A stretch of DNA of 63,723 nt, counting the filler, from Reticulomyxa filosa (taxonomy: Eukaryota; Protista; Foraminifera): assembly GCA_000512085.1 (NCBI GenBank). It is 17 parts of 17 records of this genome, joined end to end, with 100 filler letters (N's around TTAATTAATTAA, not from the genome) between each part and the next. Parts side by side here need not be neighbours in the genome. Positions count along the whole stretch, not along the records: positions 16,306 to 33,930 come from ASPP01044484.1; positions 34,031 to 35,916 come from ASPP01026922.1; positions 36,017 to 41,542 come from ASPP01016521.1; positions 41,643 to 47,574 come from ASPP01020583.1; 13 more parts are not named here. The stretch is one strand, 5' to 3'. The notes beneath the pieces are model-generated. The model did no database searches and was not told where the DNA came from. It saw only the letters and a program-made list of their open reading frames with translations. Shown in pieces: positions 26,201 through 41,694 of the stretch. The stretch's first letter is position 1. Each line of letters opens with the position of its first letter. Both the position numbers and the translations under genes were made by a program.

Positions 26201-28306
26201 TTCAAAACCGTCTGACCGAGTAGACCGTGTCATTCAACAAGAAAGAAAAGCAAGAGAACTGGGGACAGGATTGTCTGATTGCGACAACGCGATCCAATGG
26301 ATTGACAAGGTGTTGAAGTGTTGTACGAATTTGCTGAAAGCATCGTTATTCCAAAGCCGTGGGTGTTAATGCGTATGGTTGAGGCCGAGGTTGGAATGCG
26401 AGCGTTTTCCTGGTTTGGTTCGACATTGCGTGTCAATTATATGGAAAAGTCATTTAACAAAGGCCTTTGGAATGTGTGGCTAGCCTTGGGGATGTCGTTT
26501 TTATCGCACAGGGATTTTGCCATTGAGGATTTGCCAAAGCAAAAGGCGGACATTATACGTGACTATTATGGCGACATTCGAACCATAGCAATTGGCCAAC
26601 TTCGGTCGGCGTGGGATGTGTTGAAATCGCATCGAAGTGATTTGGCAGAAACGATGGTGGCTGCCACCATTGCAGCAAGTGCATCGAATGTACCAGAAAT
26701 CCAAGAATTTGCGGAAGACGTATACTTCCAAATGATGAAGACTGAGTTTGAAACGACCAACGCCATGAAAAATGTGGAAACACATACAATTGACCAAATC
26801 GACTTGCTCACAGTGGAGCACGGCAATAACGAGACAATAATGAACCGCTATTTAAACTTTTTCCGAAAGCGCGTGAATGCAAAGCTTGCAAATACCAACA
26901 CAAAGTTAAAAAAAATGGGGGTGCAATTTGTTGATGAAATTGAAAAGCTCTACGAATATTTGGTCCAATTGCGCAAACTTCCCAGCGATGCCATGCACGA
27001 AGATGAGCGAACCTTGGCCACCCTGAAATTGCTGCAGTACTTGGATAAAGGAGGGAAAATAGAGATGTATAATCGCTACGTACATAAGCTCGCTTTGATG
27101 CATGCGCAACTGGGCAATCATATCGAATCCGGCCGGTGTTATGTCCAACATGCCTCTCGATTGGGATGGTCCGATCGCATCTTGCGTGGTGAACCGAATA
27201 ATTCGTTGGAAGAACAATCCGAATGGAAACGTCATGTGCAACTGCTTGATAATGCGTATCAGCAATTCCTGATTGGCGAGGCTTGGGAAATGGCCGTGAA
27301 GGTATGCCAAGAGTTATGTCATGTATACGAAACAGTGCTCTTTGATCTAAAAGCGTTGAGTACGCAATTGGAAAAACAAAGCCAGTGCTGGAAATTTATT
27401 TCCCAGCACGATCGGGTGTTTCATTCGCACTTTTTGCTATCGTTTCGTGGAGACTTTCCGGATGAATTGCGCGGTTCTGATTTTATTTATCGCAGTGGCC
27501 GTGGGAAAAACCCAGAGTCAGTCATGGACTTTACCAATCGTATCAAAACCAAATGGAAAGATGCTAAAATTGTCAATTCGTCTGATCGCATCCCTCCGGA
27601 GAATGAATCACCTGATTTCAAGGAACAATTTATTCGCATTGCCAAACTTAACCCTTCTTCACCGGAAGAGATAGATGGAGGAGATTTCAAATGGAAAAAT
27701 ACCAAGGCTCCTTTACGAATGAAACAATATTATCGCGAAATGGAATTAAACACCTTTTATTTCACTTATCAAGACAAACGCAAGAAGAAAAAAGAAGGAA
27801 ATGAATTTCGCAATTTATGGATTACACAAGTATTTGTAATTGCTGAAGAAACTATACCTTCCATTCGTAGATGTGTCCCTGTCATAAAGCACGTCTCCAA
27901 AACTTTTTCGCCTTTGCAAACCGCTATCAATAACTTAAATGTCAAAACACAAGAACTCATTAATCTTGTAGAAGTGTGCGAACTTGATCCGTCTCATGAC
28001 ATCAGATCCTTGTCCATGAGTGTTAATGGAGTGCTGGACGCAGCTGTCATGGGAGGTGTTGCAAAATATCAAGAAGCATTTTTTGATAGCGATTATTTCG
28101 ATGAAACGCCTCAGGATAAAAACTTGGCTGAAAAATTCAAGGAAGCGTTGCGCTGGCAGTTACAAGAGGCCGAAAAAGCACTTGGAGTGTATGCCAAGCA
28201 CAGGCCAGATAACTTGGCTGATCACGTAACGCATTTGGAAGAATGTTTGATTAAAATGAAACGGGATTTGATGGAATTCTTGGCACACCCAAGGAGAAAA
28301 TTTTAA
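23292..28306 (+). CDS. DOCK: DOCK-family (DOCK-A/B-like) Rac GEF with DHR-1 C2 and DHR-2 domains; one 1-nt frame break
   Basis: LFRDL...DLYIVCKIYRLG, SPVYYHTNDP, HLFISLWH, YNRYVHKLALMH, NEFRNLW, SPLQTAI and LSMSVNGVLDAAVMGGVAKYQEAFF. Introns 23471..23569 and 23768..23908; frame break at ~26350. Confidence 0.92.
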
Positions 28307-29367
28307 TTGTTGTTAGAATAAATTGTTTGCTTTCTGGGTTGGTGTCTGATATTTTGTTTTAAAGGATTCTTGTATTGTAAAAAATTTACATCTTACAGTT
28401 ACGCTTTTGATGGAATATGTTCATGAATTCGACAACTGTCGGTTTTATAGATGAGCACCTCTTTCCTGTCGTGTGCTAAAATATGTTGAATTTTCTGCAA
28501 GGCGTTTTTGCAGATTTCTCAACTTCATCCAAATAAGCGTAATGGCGTACTTAGGAATAGTTTAAACATTTAAACGAAACTTGTTTTCAATAGCTAAATT
28601 TAAGTGCGATCATATTTTTAAATCTGGAAATCTACTTTCAAGAAAATTAATCTAAGCATTTTCTTTATCAATGCCCATTCCATTTTGTCAAAAATGTACA
28701 TCTCATTCAAGTTATTAAACAAGTACAACGTCCATTTTTTGTTTAAAAAATTGAAAAACAGGGATATTTAAGTTTGGATGGGTGCAAAATAAAAAAATGG
28801 AAGTTTTCAAATAATCAAATGTACGCAAAGATAACACTAACAATACATTGATGATTCTTTGTTAATATAACTCGAGAACATTTTATTATTCTAAAACCAC
28901 TTTTTCGAGTTTTGGAATTTAAAGACAATTAAAAAGATAAAAAGTTGCAGAGGAAGTAAAAGCGTCTCGTATAACGAATATGCTCAACCCAAAATTGTTT
29001 TTTTTTGTCTCTTTTTTTTTATGGTTTATAACGGCAAAACGTGTCCCAACAAACAGAAACAAGGGAGATAAAAACATAAATTTGTTGTGACATGTTTTTC
29101 ACAACAAAAGAAAGAATACTACAAAGCAGACAAATAAAAAACATTAAAAGAAAAAAAATACCATTACAAACCATATGAGGATTTTATTAAGTCCAAAAAA
29201 TATCATCAAGGAAAAAAGGAAAGAAAAAAACAGAAAAAAACAGAAAAAAACGAAAAATGGGAGTCATACAACCACCGCACATTTTAACAAATACCACCAA
29301 AACTTGAGAAAATAAAAATGACCAAAAAACAGAAAAAAATTACAATGCTACTTCTTAAAAAATTTAA

Positions 29368-31517
29368 TTAAAAGTATGAAGGTGAAGGAGATGGAGAATT
29401 AGGCAGTGGAGTGTTAACACGAGGTCGAATCATGGAGTTTCTACGGGCTGGGCCTTGAAAGTCCAATTTGGCTTGAGGCTTATCCGTAGATTTACAATTT
29501 TTGGGACTCTTGATGCTGTAACTCTTACCAAACAAATGGCCTGCCCAGTCATCTCCTTCAGGTAGCTTTAATGATTCTCGTTTTTTTTTGGATCGAGCTT
29601 CTTCAATTTTTTCGGCATAATCAAACATTCTTTGCACATATTTGGGTTCTTGTGGTGTTTGATCACTTGTTTCGTCTGCATAAAGCCACTCATGGCAAAA
29701 CTCACCCAACTCCATACTTTGTGTATGATGAGTCTCTTTTTTTTTTTTTTTAAACAAAACAAAAAAAAAAAGACAAGTTTCAAGTAATTATATACCAATA
29801 TTATATAAATAAAAAAAATAAACTTCTTGATGAACATAAGAAATCAAAAACGCCATATTGTGTCACTTTCTCCAATTCAGGATCATTAGGATCTGCAAAA
29901 GCGGGAAAGCGCATGACGACGCCTTCGAAGAACGAGTGACGAGTATCCAAGTGGTCACACACACTGTTGAATTCCAACACAGTCATTACTCCTTGTTGTT
30001 CGTCCATCCATCGAAAACAAACGCCCTCTTTGTATGCATGTGTCTCTTCATTCCACACCATGTCGCACCACAAGCGTCCTTTTCCTTCGCAAACGCCCAA
30101 AATGTTGTCAAACGGTGTACGCCTACCAGTAAATTCTCCCACTTGATTTCGGTCACTCGTGATATCCATCTCTAAAGCAACCTCAACAGATTGATTTTCA
30201 AAACGAGCGGCGCCTACAATCATTGGCATGTAAGAGAGGAGGAGGGGGGGTCATACACACAAATATATATACAAAAGGAAAGAATTAAAAGACCAGTTTA
30301 TTATTTGAGAAAAAAAAAAAAAAAAAAGAATGAATGACTATAACCAGTGAAACGTGAGTCATTGCAAATGCTGCGACCAATTGCTTTCAAAAGTTGTTGA
30401 CACTCCTCAGTAAATACAACTTCGGATTCCAAAGGTTTGGGTGGCAGCTCAATGTTCATCAATGTCTGTTTTCGCTTTCGAGCAGATTCCGATTCCTTTT
30501 TTGTCTTTTCTTGGTATTGCTTTTTGTATAAGTTGTACAGCTTTTTCAATTGTTCCCGCTGTCTTCTCATTTTCTCCGCACGCGCTTCGCTGTCAGGCGT
30601 GCCGTTGCCATTTTTCCCAACTGACTTTGAATGCAGCAATTTCTTGTTTATTTTTCTTCTTTTTTTAAATGTCTCGTTGGTTTCAATTCCATTGATTAGC
30701 TTTTCTTTTTCTTCATCCGTATCATTGCTATAATCATCATCCTCATCTTCATCTTCATCTTCATCATCATCTTCATCCTCATCTCCATCATCATCATCGT
30801 CGTCATCATTATCATCATCGTCATTCTCATTGTCATCGTCGTTGTCACTATCAGTGGCGTTGTTATTATTGGCTTTGCGCTTCTTTTTGCCATTGGCTTG
30901 ATTTCTTTCATTTTGCTCCACTTCGTTGAACAGCGCCAACAGTTTACTTTTGCTCGGATTGTTCCCTTGTTGAACGTTATTGTAATTGGCGCCATTCTTT
31001 CTCGAGGATGACCCATTTTGTATTATCAGCGTTGTAGTCGTGCCGTTCATATTGTTGTTAGTATTGTTCATATTGATATTGCCCTGTTTGCCATTTTGAG
31101 ACAAAGTTATAAACACTGATCCTTGCATTTGGAATGGCTTTCCTTCATTTGTTTGCGAGTTATCATTTGTTATTCCCTTCAATTTTGCCAATTCTTTTTC
31201 CTGTAGTAATCTCTTTCTTTCTGCTTGTCGTTGCAACATTTTCCTATTTTCCATTTTTTTTTTTTTTTTTTATTCATATTTTTTTTACAGCCAAATGTTT
31301 TCTGTAGGTGCATATGGCATACGTACACTGCAAGATGCAACGCATCCTCACACAAGTATATTAACTTGGTCCATGTCATAGCTTTTTCGCGTCTCTGTTG
31401 TAAGATGGCTTGTCGCCGGGATTCTGCGCGTCCATGACTATGATTGGCTTTCATCGTGAATTCCAGTAAGTAGTGATAATCCGCATTCCTTTTCCAATTT
31501 CGCTCCGGCGCCCTGGA

Positions 31518-31556
<39 letters not shown>

Positions 31557-32685
31557 ACATTGCGCACATACATCTCAACTAGACCCACTTAATAACCACT
31601 CACAGGTCAAATAAAAACAAAACAAAAAAAAAATGGACGCATTTTCTCAAAAAAAAGATAATAATAAACTGCCGAAATGTCTTATGTTGTTCTTGGATGT
31701 CATTTTGATCCTTCATGCTATTCATTCCAATTGTAATATACACAAAAAAAAAAAAAAAAAAATTATATACACATATGTATGTATATATGTATATATGTAT
31801 ATACACGCAGAACCACTAGATTCGCAAAACTACTCTTTGCTGTCTTGAGCACCGTCAACGGCCTTTTGTTGCATTCGTTTCTGTCGGCTTTGTTGTTGGA
31901 GTTTTAATTTGCGTAGATAAGCAAGATACATTGGGTTCAATTGCTTGTCATTTCCTTTTTTGCTATTCTTCCTTTTTTTGTTCCCACGCTTTCCTTCGTC
32001 GTCGTCTTCGACTATCTCGATGCATTGCACCTTTGTTGTCTTTTTCAAGGGTCGACGGGCACTGTCACTCTTCTTTGAACCGCCTTTGTTTCCATAACGT
32101 CGCACGCTTGAGTCTTCCGACGATTCCTGATCACGTGGTCTTCGTCCGAGGAAAAGGAAAGGGTGGAGAATATATGTACATATGTATACATAGGTATATA
32201 TGTATATAGGTATATGTGTATATATGTTATATTGTTTATGTTTCCCGAGAATATGATAACGAAATACGAACTTGACATTTGAGTCATCTGTCCAATAATT
32301 ATAACGTATATATTAAAAAGAAAAAAAAAAACCAAATACATAAATAGGCCCAATTTATTAATACCCTCTTTTAAAATGAGTCAGTGATGAAAATCGGACC
32401 TACCTTCTTCGGTTTGTGACTTGCTACTCATCTCACTTCTTGTCGATCCTGGCTTTTGTTGCTTTTTTGATTTTGAATTGCCATCCTTTTTTATTTTTGT
32501 ATTTTTTATTTCGTTCTGTTTTTCAAGCCCTTTTTCTTCTTCCCTTTGTCCCACTTTAGATTACTTTGCTCATTGTGTTTGTTGGTTTGAGTAACTTTCG
32601 ATTCTTTTCTGTCTAAATAAGACTTGAAAGCGCTTTCTCCATGAGGAGATTCTTTTGGGACAGTACTACTGAAGCATGCACCCAT
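29368..32685 (-). CDS. Multi-exon hypothetical protein with N-terminal MGACFS acylation motif, acidic tract and C-terminal globular domain
   Basis: Seven GT-AG introns link ORFs 31830..32105, 31179..31520, 30301..31254, 29801..30229 and 29368..29757 with matching phases. One -1 break at ~32556. Confidence 0.6.
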
Positions 32686-34030
32686 TATTATATCAAGTAA
32701 TTCGAAAGATCTTTTGCAAAAAAAGGTAAAATACTTTGCAACCTCTTTACTTGTTTACCGAAAAGAAAACTAAAAAATAACAAGATATTTTCTTGATTAA
32801 GAAAATTTAATTTTTGTTGAAATTTGTTGAATATCTCAGATGTTTAGAAAATTGTCTAAAATTTACTATCTTTTACAAAATGTTAAAATAAATGCAAATC
32901 ACTATGTGAAAAGATACAATATTTCATGAGTATGTCCTGTTTATTCAATATTTCGACAAATATTTCAATGCTTTCCACTCATTTCATCATAGAATTAATT
33001 TTTTACTCGAAAATGTGATTGTCACATTAAGTATTGGATTTTGACAATAGAAATTATTAAAATTTGTCAAACGCAAGATATTTTTCCCATTAAAGTTACA
33101 CGTGACAAAATCTTTCATAAATCACAGTATATTTGAAGATATTTTCATTAACAATTGCATGGTCATCGTAGAAAGCTGTTTTTTTCAAACATATGAAACA
33201 AATATAAGAAATTATTTTTTTTTAAAAAAGAATGGTTATATCAATTTAATTTACTCCAAATTCAATTGATAATACAAACTTTGGCTAGTCTTTACATTAT
33301 TTTGAGTTTATTTTCATCATAATAATGACAACATTTGTTGAGATATTGCGCGATTGATATTAAAGATTGAATCTGTTTCATCAAAGCACGTGATGTTAAA
33401 CCAAATTTAAAAAAGTAATGCAACCAACAAAGCGATTATAATAAATTACAAATCAATACAGTTGTTTCTGTTTCTGTTATTGCAATTACTCTTGTTATAA
33501 TTATTATGAGTATCACAACTTATTATTACATGTATTCATATAAAAATAAATCATAATCACTTTTTTTTGCACACGTACCCGGATGATATACGTATATATT
33601 AATACAGTTTCACAAACACATAATTGTCACATATTAATGTATATATTCTTCAAGAATAAATAACAATTTTTATTTTTATAATTTGTTACTTCTGTTTTAA
33701 TTGTTGTTTAGTTTCTGTTATTTATTGTATGTCTTATTGACATTTTAGTTAATATGGCAATCTAATACAGTAGATTGCAAAAAAAACTGACATACCTAAA
33801 TGGCACTATATGAAGAGAATCGATTTTCTTCATGAAAAATAAAGATTTAAACCTAATTTTTTTTTTAAAAAATATATACTAATCTTGTACTTTTTAAATA
33901 TTAAATTGGTTTTATGATAAGTTTTTTCTANNNNNNNNNNNNNNNNNNNNNNNNNNNNNNNNNNNNNNNNNNNNTTAATTAATTAANNNNNNNNNNNNNN
34001 NNNNNNNNNNNNNNNNNNNNNNNNNNNNNN

Positions 34031-35750
34031 TCTTTGACATTTTCGAGATTGGGCCATTTCTTGTTGTCTTTGTATTTGCTAATAGCAATCATCACTACTA
34101 ATGCATTTTTGATTGTTTTCGTTTTTCCAATTACTATCTGTTGAGATGAGGTCCAAGTAATTTTAAATGTAGGCTCCTTACTTTTAAATTCCCTCATAAC
34201 AATTTCATCTGTTTCAATAATATTATTCTTCACATCGACTATTTGCAGTTTTAAATTTTCTTTGTTTATCTTTTGAAAATCTTTTGGTTCTAAGCAATGA
34301 TGGCATTGACAAAGAAGCTCTTCAAATGTCAATTGTTTCATTTTTATCAATTTTTTTCTTTCATCTACTATCACACATGCTGTCAACTATTTTATATTTG
34401 TTATAGTCATTCAATTAGAAACAAGAACAAAAGAGCACACAATTAATTAACTTCATCTTCTTTGTTGTCCTGATTAATCTATTGCAAATAGCACACATCA
34501 ATATATTAGACTATAACCAATTAAAGAACATAATGTATAAATTCCAGGTAACCGACAATGGAAAAACGAATAGAACTAATATCATTCTTTGTGATTTCAT
34601 TTTTCCATTTGCATTCATTTAATAACCATGCTCGAAATTGTACATTTGACATTGTATTAAATTTTTCAATTACTTCTGCTTTATCTTTTTGTCCTCTTTG
34701 ATTCCACCATTTCATCCATTTTTAAATATTTTTCCTGGATTTTATTTGATTTTGGAATATATCGAATATAAACAAAACAGAACCAAAAAAACACAAATAG
34801 TGGTCTGAGTAAAGTGTTTTGAAATATTTTCCATTTGTTTTTTCGAATTGAATACTTGTGAACTGCTTTTGACGCAATCTTCTTATCACCAAATTTGCCA
34901 TTCCATCCACCAAAGAATAAGATGGTGTCATTGACAAACACATACGCATATCTAAAGAATGGTGCGATATCATCACAAACAGGTAGTTTACAAAATTGAA
35001 AAGTATTGTCATCTTCATCATAGTCAATTGATAGTCCCGTCTTTTCACAAAACAATATCATTCTACAATTTTTGTTCTCATTTTTTCCTTGCTTTGTTTT
35101 CGTCATTTCTTGTTCATTTTCTGACGTTGATACAAAGCAGTGATACATATCCAATTATCAGTTGGTAATCTATCATGTTTAATAAATTGAAATGTATTTA
35201 AATTAAACACACTAATATAATAATAATAAGTGATGATAACAAATGATTGTTGCTTCCACCAATCATCGCACGCATTCCAATATAATAATCTATCCCTTCC
35301 AGTATGAATTCGATTATTGTGATTGTCTGTAAAAGGAACCCATTTATTGTAATTGTTTAATTTCTTTGATTTATTAATTTCATTGTCATTACTCCAAACA
35401 CTTACATATTTCATCACCAATGTATGTCGTATATTTGTATTACCACCAAAAGACAACAAAGTTATTTCATTGTTGTTATCTGCCAGTTTCACTACACAGT
35501 GTCCTTCTAATGTGACATCACTTGGATACTTACAGATCAACTTGCATTCGTTTTTGAGTATATGATAAGAATAGCAAGCTCTTTTAAGAAAACTCCCACA
35601 AATGAGGATTTCGTATTTGTGTAACACACTGGGACAGAGAAAGTGGATTGAGCCAATCCTTCAAACTTTGAAAAAGAGTTGATGTAACAATATTTTGAAT
35701 ATGCTTAGGTTTTGTTTCAAGAAGTTGCTGTGTTATATTTTGATTGGGAA
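34031..35750 (-). pseudogene. Kelch-repeat plus caspase-like (peptidase C14) fusion, frameshifted and 3'-truncated
   Basis: Kelch blades paralogous to 6281..7546 with several frameshifts; downstream exons end in IKNALVVMIAISKY...WPNLENVK, resembling the first strand of a C14 domain. Confidence 0.6.
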
Positions 35751-36100
35751 ATAAAAAGCTCATCTCTGATTCCCATTTGACATTCGCCTAATTTTGGAAG
35801 TCAAGTATCAAATTTGGTTTCCATATCCGAAAGGTACTGATCATCCAACTTATTACAAAACTCATAAAATGTATTTAATTCAGTAGGGATTGTCGATAGA
35901 TATATCTGTAAAACTGNNNNNNNNNNNNNNNNNNNNNNNNNNNNNNNNNNNNNNNNNNNNTTAATTAATTAANNNNNNNNNNNNNNNNNNNNNNNNNNNN
36001 NNNNNNNNNNNNNNNNTTTGTTTGTTTGTTTGTTTTTACAGTGATATAGGTCACAACTGCAAAACAATAAATAACTAAAAACATTGCTCTTACAAACCAG

Positions 36101-36273
36101 CTCCTCATCGATACCAATGGCTATTTGATCATGACCGACTTTGGATTTGCCAAGAAAAGAAACATGTATCAAACACATTAAAAACCTTTCCAAAAACAAA
36201 TCATCGTCCTTTTTTTGTTCATTTGAAGATTGAAAACAAATAAATAAATAAATAAACATATATACATATATAC

Positions 36274-36317
<44 letters not shown>

Positions 36318-36872
36318 ATATGATATAGCACGACTTCGTTATGTGGGACTCCACAATATCTGGCTCCAGAGATAGTTCACGGCTGGGTACAAGGATTTGC
36401 GGTAGACTGGTGGGCGTTAGGTATTTTGCTATATGAAATGGTGGTAGGCAATCCGCCTTTTGAAGACGACGAACATGTGAAAATGTATCAAAAGATTATT
36501 GCACATAACCCAATCTTTCCTAAACATTGCTCTGCTGAATTTCGAGATTTGATTGAAAAGCTGCTCGAAAAGAATGGATATCGAAGACTTGGTTCCGCAC
36601 AAGGGGCGCAAGAAATCAAAAGACACTCTTTTTCAAAGTTTCGCTTTCGAGTCAAATGTTCCCTTTAAAATTCTTTTGTTTATTTATTTATTTGTTTGTT
36701 TGCATAGAACTTTGATTGGAAACAAATGGCAAAGCGAGAACTCGCTGCTCCATATACTCCGGTCATCAAATCCGATACCGACTTAAGCAATTTTGAAAAA
36801 GTTACACCACCTCAAGAAGACGATGAACCAATTGACAACCCCAAAATGCTTGATTGGGCTGATGAATTTTAG
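36101..36872 (+). CDS. AGC-group kinase (PKA/PKG-like), C-terminal exons
   Basis: LLIDTNGYLIMTDFGFAK, SLCGTPQYLAPE, VDWWALGILLYEM, RRLGS, and the tail FDW...APYTP...DLSNF...DWADEF*. Confidence 0.9.
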
Positions 36873-37476
36873 TTATTTGTTTGTTTATTTTGCTTTGATT
36901 TTTTTTTTTTTTTTTTTTTGTCTTTTGTTTGTTTGTTTTGCTCCCCCTTAAACGACAATAAAATCAAAAATGGTGGTCCTTTGATAATTTGGCAGCAGGA
37001 ATTGAGAAAGGCAAAAAAAGTTTTGTTGTAAAGTGCGACATTTGTACCATATCGGCTGTTTTTTTTCTCGGGTTGGTTATCGTGTGTTTGTGATGCTTTT
37101 TTTTTGTTGTTATTTGTCTTCATTGCTATGAATATTGCATTTTGTTTTGTGAGTCTTTCCTTTCTTTTTTCCCTTTATTTGAATTTTCATATGGATTGGA
37201 TGGTGTTGTAGTCATCTGCCGTGCTTTATTCGACAAAGGTGAAAATATTGCCACACGGAACTGCTCATTTTGAGTGTTCTCAATTTCTGTGTGAAATCTC
37301 CCTTCAACTGTCTAAATCTTTAACTAATTTTTTATACAGCCAATAAAAACTACCTTAAACAAGTTACGAGCAAAAGAACGTGTTTTTAAAAGCTAGTTTA
37401 ACAAAACAGTTTGAGATTTGTTAAACCCCCGTTTTGGATTGTTTTCGTAGTCATAGGACTTTGATTAACAGTGAAT

Positions 37477-39203
<1,727 letters not shown>

Positions 39204-40169
39204 AACGTGATTCGAATACTTTTGATTTTTTTTTTTTTTGGAAATGGACTGCAATCATTTACCTTCATTTTTTTTGCCATTGCCTCTCACAAATATTGAA
39301 GAATGAAATGACATTGTTTGTTCAATCGAATATCTTTCAACAAGATCTGAGTTGATCTTGCCAACCAAATTTACACATTTTTTAATACAATTGACATCTT
39401 TACAAAAAGCATGGGATTGATTCTTCTTTTATTGTGGGCTTTCCGTCATTTTTGTTTGGTCTTACAACACAGGAAAATGAAAAGTAAAAACGTAACTTTT
39501 CATGTGCTTACTTCAAAAGAAACAGTCAGAAAAGAAATCTTTCACGCAATTTTTCTAGAAAAAAAGAAAATTATTGTGTCAAAAATATTAATTTTCACAT
39601 TCAACGTATCTATTTAATCTTTTTTATTTATTGTATGTTGATGAAGTCTTGTGAAGATTATAAAGTCCCAAAGGGATCTTACACCGTTTTTCACTGAATT
39701 TGCTTCACTTTACTTCTTACATAGCTCCTTTCATTTTGGTTTAGCTTTTGTTTTCCATTTCATTATTTGATTCGCTTTTGTTTTGTTGGATTTTGTTCAC
39801 AAGAGCAATCTTTCGTATTACAGTTTTCTCCTTTCTGTTATTTTGGAACAAATGTTGCTTTTCAAATTAGATCTTATAGAATTATGTATTTTTTAGTCAT
39901 TCATTTATTTGGTGTCCTACTTCACATGTGTAGTGGTTCACTTTGAGTTTGGATAATTAAAAACGAAGTAGAAAATTCATTGCTGACAAATTTAAAGATA
40001 ATGAAAACTGAGTATTTCAAAATTTTAATTTATTCACTTCCTTAAACATTTTTAGTTTGCACCATAACCAAAGTTACTTATTAGAGCTATCTTATTCCAT
40101 CTGACTCACTTAACTATTGCATTATAAGAAAAAAAAAATGAAAAAAGAAGATATTAGCAGCAGATCGAA

Positions 40170-41542
40170 TTACTTTTTTGTGTTAATTTCTTCCAATTCG
40201 ATTTGTTTGTGTGTGAGTGACTGGACGCCCAACTCATCGTCATTGTCACCACTGTCGCTGTCATTTACATCACTTGAACGAGTGCGAACATAATGCGTGT
40301 TTTGCAATACAGCAGGCTTGGGCGCTGCATCTGACGGTGCAACTTCGTCCACATTCTTTTCACATCTCTTTTCATAATCTTCCGGCAACAAGAAATGCAA
40401 CCAAGCGGCATTAAAAAAGCTAAGAAATCCTTGAAGATAAAATACAAAGCAATAATTAAAAGGCCATGAAAAGTTGTTATCCACACAATATGCATAAATA
40501 TTGCATAGTATTGCAGGTGCTAATAGACGACCTATCGATCCAAATGTCTGGCCAATTCCATTTGCAGTCGCACGAACATCTTATCATCAAATCAAATCAA
40601 AATAAAACAAACAATACAATTTCCAAATCATCATTCGAAAGTATAAAAAAGGATTGTTTTTTTTTTTTAAAAAAAGAACAAAAAAAAAAAAAAAACCAGC
40701 AGTGTCAGCATTGTTAATCATGACAAAGGTGCAAGTGAAGACCATAACCCTTAAAACGAACAACGCGACCATAGCCAAAACGAGAATAGTGATAGCCCCG
40801 TTTGTCGGCAAATTACGAAATATGGACAAATGTGGGGTAAGTAAAATCAAAACTCCGTAAATCAATGAGTTCATTTTACTTGTGCCAATGTAGCCGAACC
40901 ACTTGATAAACTTTGGAAACAGCACCAATTGTGATATTGTGTAACAAGGGCCAGCAATTGCAAACACCGTACCAATTTCGCTCTCTTTCCAACCAAATCC
41001 ATTGTGACTTTTTTTCTCCAATACCTTTCATATTTTTTTATTTATGTATTTATTTATTTATTTTTTTTTTTTTTTGAGAGAGGGATTAAATTAGAAGAAA
41101 ACATTAAATAATATATTATATATACACATATATATTTGTATGTATCATCAATAAATGCATACCCATAATGGGATCACAGCTTGCAATCCAGTGCCCAAAA
41201 AAGAAGCGTATCCATAAAATAGAGTTGTAACCCATACGTTTTTGATTTTGATAATATCGCAAGTGGTTCTCTTTTCCGGAGGTGCTCTTCCGTTCATGTT
41301 TTTTGGGGAAGTGGTTGTGACACTATTTTCTTTTTGTTGATTTTGGAACTTTTTCGAAGTTTCCTTGACTAGTGTGGCCACAACAAAAAATGAAATGAGA
41401 AAGGAGCCACCACTGACAAGACAAGGCAACACATAAGGGAATTCTTTAAATATCGGGGCATACACATTCACATGTGACAGCCAGCCGCCACACGCATTTC
41501 CAAAAAAGCGTCCCATTCCACCACACACGCCAATTATGCTAT
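40170..41542 (-). CDS. MFS transporter (ZIFL/TCR-like), 5'-truncated, multi-exon
   Basis: EFPYVLPCLV, VKET, IPLW...GFGWKESEIG, QLVLFP and consecutive hydrophobic helices. Confidence 0.8.
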
Positions 41543-41642
41543 NNNNNNNNNNNNNNNNNNNNNNNNNNNNNNNNNNNNNNNNNNNNTTAATTAATTAANN
41601 NNNNNNNNNNNNNNNNNNNNNNNNNNNNNNNNNNNNNNNNNN

Positions 41643-41685
<43 letters not shown>

Positions 41686-41694
41686 TAAAATAGG

